A stretch of DNA of 64,000 bases from Anaerolineae bacterium. Lineage in GTDB: Bacteria > Chloroflexota > Anaerolineae > Anaerolineales > Anaerolineaceae. The position numbers were made by a program, and so were the translations under genes. The stretch's first letter is position 1. Each line of letters opens with the position of its first letter. The notes beneath the pieces are model-generated. The model was not told where the DNA came from. It searched no databases and saw only the letters and a list, made by a program, of their open reading frames with translations. Positions 37,900-45,742 of the stretch are shown in pieces. The stretch is taken from contig JABLXK010000017.1 of NCBI GenBank assembly GCA_013178095.1, positions 2,475-66,474 of the forward strand, given 5' to 3'.

Positions 37900-38634
37900 C
37901 TACACCGGCGAGAATTTCGTGCCGATGTCGTAATAATCCTCGTTCTCGGCCTTCTTCAGCCGATTTACTACCCAGTATGTCGCAGGCGTGAACAGCACCT
38001 CGACGCTTACCTTGAAAATGTAATTGGTCAGCACCAGGCTGGCGAAAGACACCCAGGGGAACACGCCCGCCAGCGTGGCGATCAGGATGAACACCAGTGA
38101 GTCCACGCCTTCGCCTACCAGCGTGCTGCCGATGGTGCGTGTCCACAGCCATTTGCCTTTGGTGAGGATTTTCATCACCGCCAGGATGACCGAGTTGCTG
38201 AACTCGCCCATCAGGTAGGCCAGCAGGCTGGCGGCCACCAGTCCGAAGGAAGTCATTCCGCCCAGGATGGCGTCGTAAGCGGTGTCGCCGGCGTAACCCT
38301 GCCAGGCAGCCTCGCCCGGCAGCGCGCGCACCAGCGCCAGCACCAGGGCGCTCAAGGCCAGCGCGCCGAAACCGCTCCAGATCACGCGCCGCGAGCGCTT
38401 GAAGCCGTAAACTTCGGTGAGCACGTCGCCGAAGATGTAACTGATGGGGAAGAGCAGTGTGCCGCCGTCGAAGGCCAGGCGCACCCCGAAGAGCGAGAAC
38501 CCCCAATCGATGATCTTGGCGGAGGAGGCGATGTTGCTGGTGATCAACACGGTCACGAACAGCGCCATCACCAGGTCCAGGTAACGGTAGCTGCGTTCTT
38601 TTTCCGGTTTAAGTTCCTGTATCTTTTCAGCCAT
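37900..38634 (-). CDS. yhhQ: Queuosine-precursor transporter (YhhQ/DUF165, VUT family)
   Basis: YRYLDLVMALFVTVLITSNIASSK-type start, LFPISYIFGDVLTEVYGF, polytopic. ATG 38634 preferred over the listed TTG 38655. Confidence 0.85.
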   Translation of the reverse strand: MAEKIQELKPEKERSYRYLDLVMALFVTVLITSNIASSAKIIDWGFSLFGVRLAFDGGTLLFPISYIFGDVLTEVYGFKRSRRVIWSGFGALALSALVLALVRALPGEAAWQGYAGDTAYDAILGGMTSFGLVAASLLAYLMGEFSNSVILAVMKILTKGKWLWTRTIGSTLVGEGVDSLVFILIATLAGVFPWVSFASLVLTNYIFKVSVEVLFTPATYWVVNRLKKAENEDYYDIGTKFSPV

Positions 38635-38674
38635 AGGTATAATTTCAGGTAGCAAGGATTATAAACGATACGAG

Positions 38675-39430
38675 ATGAGCACCCAGCGCTTTTTCCTCCC
38701 CGATGATTGTTTTCAGCCGAATCTCGTGACTTTTCCAGAGACGGTGCAGAACCAGATCAACCGCGTGCTGCGCCTGCGCGAGGGCGAGGAGGTGATCGCG
38801 CTGGACGGGCACGGCCTGCAATACCGCCTGCGCCTGGAGCAGAATGCCGCAGGGCTTTTCCAGGGAATAATCCTTTCAAAAGAAGAAAATCCGGCCGAGC
38901 CGGCCGTCCACTTGACCCTTTACATATCCCTGACCCAGCGCGAGAAGTTTGAACTCATCCTGCAAAAAGGCAGCGAAGTTGGGGTGGCGGCCTTTCAGCC
39001 CTTCATCTCCTCACGCTCGTTGATCCAGTGCGGCGATTCCTTTAACAAAAAACGCGAGCGCTGGGAAAGCATCCTGCGCGAAGCGGCCGAGCAGTGTGGG
39101 CGCGGGCGCATCCCGCAATTGCTGCCACCCTTGAGCCTGACTGAGGCGGTGAAAGTCGCTGCTGCCCGGCATGCCTTGAATCTGGCGGCTTGGGAGGACG
39201 AGCGGCAGGTCGGCTTGGGCAGTGCGCTGGTGGGATTCGATGGCAAAGGAACTTTGGGGTTGTTCGTCGGACCGGAAGGCGGCTTCGACGCTTCTGAAAC
39301 CGGGCGCATGCGCGCGGCGGGCATGCGCGTTTTTTCGCTGGGGCGGCGCATCCTGCGCATGGAAACGGCCGCCATGCTGGCGCCTGCGCTGGTGCTGTAT
39401 CAACTGGGGGAAATGAATCCGCGGGATTGA
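38675..39430 (+). CDS. rsmE: 16S rRNA (uracil1498-N3)-methyltransferase RsmE
   Basis: QRFFLP ... NRVLRLREGEEV N-terminal PUA-like part. C-terminal SPOUT knot LFVGPEGGF ... SLGRRILRMETAA. Confidence 0.9.
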   Translation: MSTQRFFLPDDCFQPNLVTFPETVQNQINRVLRLREGEEVIALDGHGLQYRLRLEQNAAGLFQGIILSKEENPAEPAVHLTLYISLTQREKFELILQKGSEVGVAAFQPFISSRSLIQCGDSFNKKRERWESILREAAEQCGRGRIPQLLPPLSLTEAVKVAAARHALNLAAWEDERQVGLGSALVGFDGKGTLGLFVGPEGGFDASETGRMRAAGMRVFSLGRRILRMETAAMLAPALVLYQLGEMNPRD

Positions 39431-39454
39431 CTGTGGCTTTGGCAGACTGCCGGA

Positions 39455-40519
39455 TTAAAGACTATCTGCGTTGACTTCCTGCAGGAAAATCTCCACCTGC
39501 TGCAGATACCATGCCGGTTCGCCGATGTGGATGCCATGGCTGGAATCGATGAAGGCATAGCGCAGGTTCTTGACCAAAGATTTGATCTGATCCACGTCCT
39601 GTGAATCCATGGCGCCCAGCAATCCCCAGTAGGCGTGGCGTGACCAATGCGCCTGCATCAGCAGCATGGGACACTTGACCTTTTTGAGCGCGGCCAGCGG
39701 ATCAAAATCCCGGCTGAGGCGGCCGTCGATGGTGGCTTTGGAAAAGTCCACATCGTATTCCATGAAGAATTTCACTCCCACGCGCATCTCAAACGGCAAA
39801 AAGGGCACGTCATAGGGCTGATTGGGTTTCAGGCGGCGGTTGACCGCGTAAAGCGCCATCAGGATTTTTAATACCGCGGGCGGGACCATCAGCAGCTCTT
39901 CCTGCCCTTCTTTGGGCGCGCCGGAATTGGCTAAGTAAGCCTCCAGGTTGGGCCCGGTTGGAGAGCCTAGGTTGTCGATAGCCACCTGGAACATGCGCCG
40001 CATGTACCTCTCTTCAGTGATGCGCGGATAAATGGAGGAGAACATGGGCGGATCCTCGGAAATAACCGCTCTGACCCACTCGGGGGCGTAAGCCCCCAGC
40101 CAGACCGCCAGCACGCCGCCGGAGGAAAGTCCGGAGACGATGGCCGGTTCGCCGATCACCTGTGCGATGAATTGCTTCAGGTCATCACCGCAGATATTGT
40201 AAGAATACTGTCCCGGCGTGCGCGTGGATCGGCCATGCCCGCGCAGGTCGACCGAGAAGACGTGGTATTTCCTGGCCAGTTCGGGCATGACCGACTTATA
40301 GCCCTGCCAGGATTCCATCTGCCCCGGAATTAACAGAAAAGGCAGCCCATTTTTCGGCCCCTCCACGTAATTCAGGGTAATGTTGTTGATGACGCATTGC
40401 TTTTCGCTGAATCCCTGCGGGGTGCCGGCCACGCTGATCTTGTGAGGCACGAAAAAGACCACCAGCCAGAACAGGATGAAGATGATCAGGTTGATTCCCA
40501 GGGTTGTCCAGATATTCAT
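39455..40519 (-). CDS. Alpha/beta-fold hydrolase with N-terminal membrane anchor
   Basis: N-terminal TM helix. GLSSGG nucleophile elbow (GxSxG). Late SSHGIH. Confidence 0.8.
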   Translation of the reverse strand: MNIWTTLGINLIIFILFWLVVFFVPHKISVAGTPQGFSEKQCVINNITLNYVEGPKNGLPFLLIPGQMESWQGYKSVMPELARKYHVFSVDLRGHGRSTRTPGQYSYNICGDDLKQFIAQVIGEPAIVSGLSSGGVLAVWLGAYAPEWVRAVISEDPPMFSSIYPRITEERYMRRMFQVAIDNLGSPTGPNLEAYLANSGAPKEGQEELLMVPPAVLKILMALYAVNRRLKPNQPYDVPFLPFEMRVGVKFFMEYDVDFSKATIDGRLSRDFDPLAALKKVKCPMLLMQAHWSRHAYWGLLGAMDSQDVDQIKSLVKNLRYAFIDSSHGIHIGEPAWYLQQVEIFLQEVNADSL

Positions 40520-40580
40520 TTCTATACCCTCTTGTTGACTTCATTATAAAGCCCTTTGGATAGCACCCAAGCGGGGGAAT

Positions 40581-42038
40581 TTAAAACAACCGCGTCGGCA
40601 GCAGGTTCCTCAGGCGATTTTCCAGCACCTTGGCGCGCCCCAGGTTGCGGCCGAGCGCGTCGCGCACCGCCACCACCTCACCCCGCAAATCCGGGCCGGC
40701 GGCGTAGCCGCGCAGGTCCTCGCCGCGCATCCAGGCGGCCAGGTGTTCGTCCTCCAAAATCAGGATATGACGTGTGAAGCGGTCGCCGAAGCGGCTGACG
40801 AATTCGTGCGAGGGCTGCCAGCCATCCGGCAGGGCTTTGCCCAGCGGCATGCCGCTGCTCAGCCAGGGTAATGCAGGAAAGCGCGCGTTGAGCGCCTTGC
40901 CAATCAGATAAAATTCCCCCCCGATCTCGGCGATCTGCAGGTCGTTTTCCGCCATCAATCGCTCCATTTCCAGGCCATACTGCCCGCTGATGTAATCGAC
41001 CATGCCGCGCGTTTCCACCGGCAGGGGAATCTTCATCTGCCGCGGGCGGGCGGCGTGTGGGTTGAAAGCGGAAGTTGCTGCGGGCAGGCCGGCGGTCTTG
41101 GTCAGGCGCGCGGCGAAGAAACCGGCGGTGTTGAACAGGTGCGGCCACAGGCGCGCGGCTTTGCGTACGTCCTTGGGGAAGGTTTTGCTTTCAAACACTT
41201 CCAATCCCGGCGCGGGCTGGGGCAGCCGGCTGCTGATGTCCTCGACGGCAAAACAGCCGGGGAATTGCTCCAGCAAAGCGGCCAGCACGCCCTCGTCTTC
41301 CTGCGGGGTGAGCGTGCAGGTGCTGTAAACCACCTGCCCGCCAACCTTGACTGCCCGCAAGGCGCTTTCCAGCAGGCGCGCCTGGCGCTCGGCCAGCGCT
41401 TCCACCTCGGTGAGGGTGATGCTGCGCGCCTTGTGTGATTCGCTGGCACGCATGCCCTGCATGGAGCAGGGCGCATCTAATAAAACCGCATCGAATGTCT
41501 CGGGATAGTGCGCCCCGAACCATTCGCCCGGCAGGCAGGTAACCGCCTGGTTGATGGCGCCCCAGGTGCCCAGCACAATGCGCAGCGCGGAGATGCGCCC
41601 GCGCGAAGCGTCGTTGGCCACGATAAAGCCGCGGTCTTGTATACGGTCGGCCAGATGGATGGTCTTGCCGCCGGGGGAGGCGGCCATATCCAGGACGAGA
41701 GGGTGATTGGTATGGCTGAAATCAAAAAGCTCGGCCGGCAGCATGGAAGCAGCCTCCTGGATGTAGTAATACCCCAGGCGGTGTTCGATGGTGCTGCTGG
41801 GCGCGATGCGCGCTTCCTTGATCCAGTAACCGCTGGTGCTGTAAGGTACGGGATCATAGCGCCAGCCATACAGATCAGCCCATTTGCGCATGGCAACATC
41901 CGGGTCGGACTTGAGCGCGTTGACGCGCAGCGAAAGATCCAGCGGCTGCCCGCGCAGCTCCTGCAGGCGCGCGTACAGCGCCGGGTCGGCTTGCGCCAGC
42001 CAGTCGAAGGTGTAAGCGGGCGGGATCGTTTTAGCCAT
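40581..42038 (-). CDS. rsmF: 16S rRNA m5C methyltransferase, RsmF (YebU)-like NOL1/NOP2/Sun family
   Basis: 485 aa, co-linear with E. coli RsmF as I recall it: YIQEAASMLPAELF, LDMAASPGGKT, FDAVLLDAPCS, VYSTCTL, GFFAARLTKT, plus the RsmF-type C-terminal extension ending ...LRNLLPTRLF. Confidence 0.8.
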   Translation of the reverse strand: MAKTIPPAYTFDWLAQADPALYARLQELRGQPLDLSLRVNALKSDPDVAMRKWADLYGWRYDPVPYSTSGYWIKEARIAPSSTIEHRLGYYYIQEAASMLPAELFDFSHTNHPLVLDMAASPGGKTIHLADRIQDRGFIVANDASRGRISALRIVLGTWGAINQAVTCLPGEWFGAHYPETFDAVLLDAPCSMQGMRASESHKARSITLTEVEALAERQARLLESALRAVKVGGQVVYSTCTLTPQEDEGVLAALLEQFPGCFAVEDISSRLPQPAPGLEVFESKTFPKDVRKAARLWPHLFNTAGFFAARLTKTAGLPAATSAFNPHAARPRQMKIPLPVETRGMVDYISGQYGLEMERLMAENDLQIAEIGGEFYLIGKALNARFPALPWLSSGMPLGKALPDGWQPSHEFVSRFGDRFTRHILILEDEHLAAWMRGEDLRGYAAGPDLRGEVVAVRDALGRNLGRAKVLENRLRNLLPTRLF

Positions 42039-42852
42039 GCCGTTTCATCCAGAACACCGTCTCGCCGGGGAAATCCAGTTCGCCGCGCGCTTCCCATTCC
42101 GCGGGGTTGAGGTTATCCGCCACCAACCCGCGCATGCGTTCGCGCAGGTCGCGCTTGCCGTCCAGGCTGCGCCGTGGCAGCGAAACGAACAGGTATTTCA
42201 CTTTCAGTGCGGACCACAAGGCGCGGTTGCAGCCCTTGCGGCGCTTTTCCAGGCGGTGGGCTTCTTTGAACAAGAACGCAGCGTCGGCTTCCACTTGCGG
42301 TGGCCGCACCAGAATATCGCGCACCTCGGCCAGCGCTTCTTTTCCGCTCAAACGCAAGAAATCGGTGATCAGTGCCACGCGCGGCGGATGGATATCGTAG
42401 GCGTAATAACGCGCGCCGGACGGCAAGCCAATCCAGGGCAGGGCGAAAGGGTTCAACCCGCAGGCCAAATCCAGCACGGATGCTGGCTGCCCGCAGATTG
42501 CGAAAATCTCTTTATAGAAGTCTTCCAGATAAACCAGGCGTTCGCGCGTGGAATCGTGCTGCTGCAAGAAAGCGCGGCAGGTGTCTTTTACCGCATCGGG
42601 TCCGCTGCTGAAGGCCGCTTGCAGTTCCTGCGCGGCCTGCGCGTAATCCAGGTCGCCCAGGTAGGGCGCCATCACGTTGTGCAGCTTGGCGCGCGCGCTT
42701 TTCAGCGCCTCGGCCGGTTTCTTGTAACGCGATAATTCCAGAGCCAGCAGGTCGCGCAGGGTTTCCTCGGGCAGCTCCAGGCCTTTATAGGTCTTGCCCG
42801 CGCGCAGCTGCGCCATCAACCCTTCCAGATCGCTGCTCTTTTGCGGGCTCAT
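42031..42852 (-). CDS. FmrO-family (ArmA/Rmt/Sgm-type, 16S rRNA G1405-N7 class) methyltransferase homologue, copy B
   Basis: HDSTRERLVYLEDFYKEIF, LDLACGLNPFALPW, ARYYAYDIH, FLFKEAHRLEKRRKG, LFVSLPRRSLDGKRD. ATG 42852 forms an ATGA overlap with copy A. Its stop overlaps the rsmF start by 8 nt. Confidence 0.78.
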   Translation of the reverse strand: MSPQKSSDLEGLMAQLRAGKTYKGLELPEETLRDLLALELSRYKKPAEALKSARAKLHNVMAPYLGDLDYAQAAQELQAAFSSGPDAVKDTCRAFLQQHDSTRERLVYLEDFYKEIFAICGQPASVLDLACGLNPFALPWIGLPSGARYYAYDIHPPRVALITDFLRLSGKEALAEVRDILVRPPQVEADAAFLFKEAHRLEKRRKGCNRALWSALKVKYLFVSLPRRSLDGKRDLRERMRGLVADNLNPAEWEARGELDFPGETVFWMKRHG

Positions 42853-43661
42853 TTTTCCACCAGGTAAGCCAGTTCGCTGGGAAAGTCGAAGCGCGTGACC
42901 TTCCACTTTTTATCGGCGGTCAGGGCTTCGAACTGGGCGGAGTAGGTTTGGCGCATGCCCTTGGATTTGCCGCCCAGGCTGCGGATGGGGTAGCTGGCTA
43001 AAATGTACATAGCGGGAATGTTTTCCAGCATTTCCTGCGCGCACCCTTTTTCCAATTGTTCCAGGCAGGGCAGGCTTTTCAGCAGCAGGGCCAATTGCAC
43101 AGGCTTGCCTATGGTATAGGAAAATACATCGGCGCTGGTCAGCCCGGCATGCAGGCCGCAGTGCGTCAGGAAGGCGTTGTCGAAATCGATCAGGTCGCTG
43201 AAGATGTCGCAGCCGCCGTAACGCGCGCCGCTCGCCAACGGCATCCAGGGCAGCGCCAGCGGATTCAGTCCGCAGGCCAGGTCGGCCAGCGATTCCAGCG
43301 GCGCGAGCGAAGCCAGCGTCTCCCTGAAAAAATCTTCCAGAATGGGCAGGCGTTCGGCCGTGGAGCTGTGCGCCTGCATGACTTTCAGGCAGAAAGCGCG
43401 CACGCCCTCGTCGGCGGGGTCGCCGGGCAGGTTTTCCAGCTCGGTTTTCCATTGTTTGTAACGCGGAGCCAGTTTAAAGTAAGCCGCGCCCACCTGGTGC
43501 AGCTTGGCGCTGACTTCCTTGATTGCTTCCCTGGGCTTGCGCCCCTTGGCCAGCTCGCGTTCGGCAATCTGCATGGCAAGGCCGGGCAGGATGGCGTTGT
43601 ACTTGGGCTTGGACAGCACGGCGGAAACAACTTCCTCGATCAGCGGGTTGTGTTCGTTCAT
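42849..43661 (-). CDS. FmrO-family (ArmA/Rmt/Sgm-type, 16S rRNA G1405-N7 class) methyltransferase homologue, copy A
   Basis: HSSTAERLPILEDFFRETL, ADLACGLNPLALPW, ARYGGCDIF, LLLKSLPCLEQLEKG, ILASYPIRSLGGKSKGM. ATGA overlap with the upstream TGT-like gene. Confidence 0.78.
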   Translation of the reverse strand: MNEHNPLIEEVVSAVLSKPKYNAILPGLAMQIAERELAKGRKPREAIKEVSAKLHQVGAAYFKLAPRYKQWKTELENLPGDPADEGVRAFCLKVMQAHSSTAERLPILEDFFRETLASLAPLESLADLACGLNPLALPWMPLASGARYGGCDIFSDLIDFDNAFLTHCGLHAGLTSADVFSYTIGKPVQLALLLKSLPCLEQLEKGCAQEMLENIPAMYILASYPIRSLGGKSKGMRQTYSAQFEALTADKKWKVTRFDFPSELAYLVEK

Positions 43662-44779
43662 GGCAGGTAAGGGCGCAGCCGCTCCATCAGGCGCGCCATG
43701 AAGTGCAGGTTGTGCTGCGTGGAGAGCTGCTGGTAGAGGCTGTCGTTGAGTTTGTGCAGGTGGCGCAGGTAGCCGATGGAGTAACGGCGGCAGACGGGGC
43801 AGTCACAGCCTTCTTCGATGGGTTGGCTGGATTTAATATAGCGTTCGTCATGCGCATAGACGTAGCCGAACCAGTCATCCTTCTCAAGCAGTGCGGCTTT
43901 GTCCGGCAGGTAGTTGAAGCGGTACAGGCGCCCGTGGCGGGCGTCGCGCGTTGGCATGGCGCTGTCGAACAACCCATAACCCTGCGCAGCGCAGCGCGCC
44001 ACGTAGGGCGGGTGGCCGATGCCGAGTGCGTGCAGCGGGAACTCCGCCGGGATCAATTCTCGCAGGAGGAAGACCATATCCTCCACCAGGTTGCCCTGGT
44101 TGTCCAGCGGCCAGCCGCCATAGCCATAGCCGTCGAAACCGATCTCCAGCAACTGCTCGGCGCAGTGCCGGCGCAATTCGTAGGAATTACCGCCCTGCAC
44201 CACGGCGAACAGTTTGGGCCTGCGCTCCTGCGCTAGGCGTTTTTCGTCCAGCAGGCGATCGAATTCCATGCGGCAGCGCTTGGCCCAGCGCACGGTGCGT
44301 TCCACGGAGGCTTCCTGCTGCGCCATGTCGTCGTCGACGTGCGTGCAGTCGTCCAGGCAGAACAGCAGGTCTGAGCCGAAACCGAGCTGCAGTTGCATGC
44401 ACTTTTCGGGGGTGAGCTGGTACTTGCGCTGGCCGTCCTCGGGCTTGAAAACCAGCCCGTTATCGGTGAACTGGCCGAAGCGCGGACCCTGGCGGATGAG
44501 CGAATAGGCCTGGAATCCGCCCGAATCGGTGAAGATGATGCCCTCCCAGCCGGTCATGGCGTGTAAGCCGCCCAGCGACTTGACTGTAGTGGCGCCGGGT
44601 TTTTGCATCAGGTGGAAGGTGTTCATCATCATGGCGCGGATGCCGCACTGCGCCGTTTCCTCGGCAGCCAGCCCGCGCACCTGCCCGAAAGTGGCATCCG
44701 GCAGGAATTGCGGGAATTCCAGCATTCCATGATTAAAAGCCAAGCGTAATGGATAGGTCATACGCTTGAATTGTATCAT
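43658..44779 (-). CDS. tRNA-guanine transglycosylase (TGT) family protein, divergent
   Basis: TDSGGFQ, LDDCT, FAVVQGG, GYGYGGW, ALGIGHP, LFDSAMPTRDARHG and the Zn site CDCPVCRRYSIGYLRHL. Confidence 0.8.
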   Translation of the reverse strand: MIQFKRMTYPLRLAFNHGMLEFPQFLPDATFGQVRGLAAEETAQCGIRAMMMNTFHLMQKPGATTVKSLGGLHAMTGWEGIIFTDSGGFQAYSLIRQGPRFGQFTDNGLVFKPEDGQRKYQLTPEKCMQLQLGFGSDLLFCLDDCTHVDDDMAQQEASVERTVRWAKRCRMEFDRLLDEKRLAQERRPKLFAVVQGGNSYELRRHCAEQLLEIGFDGYGYGGWPLDNQGNLVEDMVFLLRELIPAEFPLHALGIGHPPYVARCAAQGYGLFDSAMPTRDARHGRLYRFNYLPDKAALLEKDDWFGYVYAHDERYIKSSQPIEEGCDCPVCRRYSIGYLRHLHKLNDSLYQQLSTQHNLHFMARLMERLRPYLP

Positions 44780-44794
44780 CCCGCTTAAACGGGT

Positions 44795-45730
44795 TCAGGA
44801 AAGTACGCTTAGAGCTTGCAGGGTGATCCAGCGCTGGCTGCTGTCGCCCTGCGCCAGCAGCGGCCAGGTGCGCTGTTGGAAGGGGCTGCCGCCGCTCCAG
44901 GTGCCGTTGTGATTGCGCTGCTCGCGCAGCCAGCCCAGCGCGCGCCGCGCCTGTGGGGATTCCAGCGCGTTCAGTTCTTTGGCGATGCGCAGTACAAATA
45001 AAGTATCTGCGTGATAAAAGAGCGGGAAACTGGTTTTGGACCACAGTTCGTGGATCTTTTCCACGTGGGGATAATCGGCCTCCAGCAGGTCGTGATCCTC
45101 CAGCAGGAATTTCAACCCCGCGTGGATGGCTTGCCGGATGGATGAGTTTCTTTTTTCTTCGGGGAGGAGCGCCAGCCCGAACAGGTCGCGCGCTATGCCC
45201 CAGGCGCAGGGCAGGCCGTTGTTGTATTGGCAGCGGCTGAGATTTTGCAGGTCGCGCGTCACGTAGTCCAGGATGAATTCAACGCTCTCCACTTGGGCCT
45301 GGCAATAAAGCTGATAACGCAGCACGTTGCCCCACAAACAACCCCAAAAGGACTCTTTTCTCCCCTGTAAGCGGATGTCTTTTTCCATGCATTCGCGCAT
45401 GAAAGCTGCGCCCTTTTGCATAGCGGGGTGCTGCGGATCGATGCCCAGTTCGCTCAACAGCAGCATGCTCCAGTGGCTGCTGCGGTATTTGGGGGAATAA
45501 TAATGGCGGGGATTTTGCCAGTAGCCTTCCGGCTGCTGCTTTTCAAGAATGTGTAATACGGGATTAGTGCTGGCAATCAAACGCCTGGCTGCTTGCGTTT
45601 CCGCGTCCTCTTCCGGCTTTCCCAAAATGCGGGTCAGGGTCAGGTAGCGGATGGAGGGCGTGGGGCTCTCCAGCAGCCAGGCGATGGTTTTTGAATTGTC
45701 GCTGGTGTTTACTTGTTTATTTTCACCCAT
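44795..45730 (-). CDS. Hypothetical protein, possibly alpha/alpha-toroid (prenyltransferase/terpene-cyclase-like repeat) fold
   Basis: 311 aa. Repeated aromatic-rich helical hairpin pattern (EGYWQN ... SHWSMLLLSELG ... NGTWSGG). Stop lies 15 nt upstream of the TGT-like start. Confidence 0.45.
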   Translation of the reverse strand: MGENKQVNTSDNSKTIAWLLESPTPSIRYLTLTRILGKPEEDAETQAARRLIASTNPVLHILEKQQPEGYWQNPRHYYSPKYRSSHWSMLLLSELGIDPQHPAMQKGAAFMRECMEKDIRLQGRKESFWGCLWGNVLRYQLYCQAQVESVEFILDYVTRDLQNLSRCQYNNGLPCAWGIARDLFGLALLPEEKRNSSIRQAIHAGLKFLLEDHDLLEADYPHVEKIHELWSKTSFPLFYHADTLFVLRIAKELNALESPQARRALGWLREQRNHNGTWSGGSPFQQRTWPLLAQGDSSQRWITLQALSVLS

Positions 45731-45742
45731 GCAAGCATTATA

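Noticed and set aside
38635-38674. A preQ1 riboswitch upstream of yhhQ.
   Set aside because: Only about 40 nt separate yhhQ from divergent rsmE. I could not see a preQ1-I hairpin or A-rich tail motif in that space.
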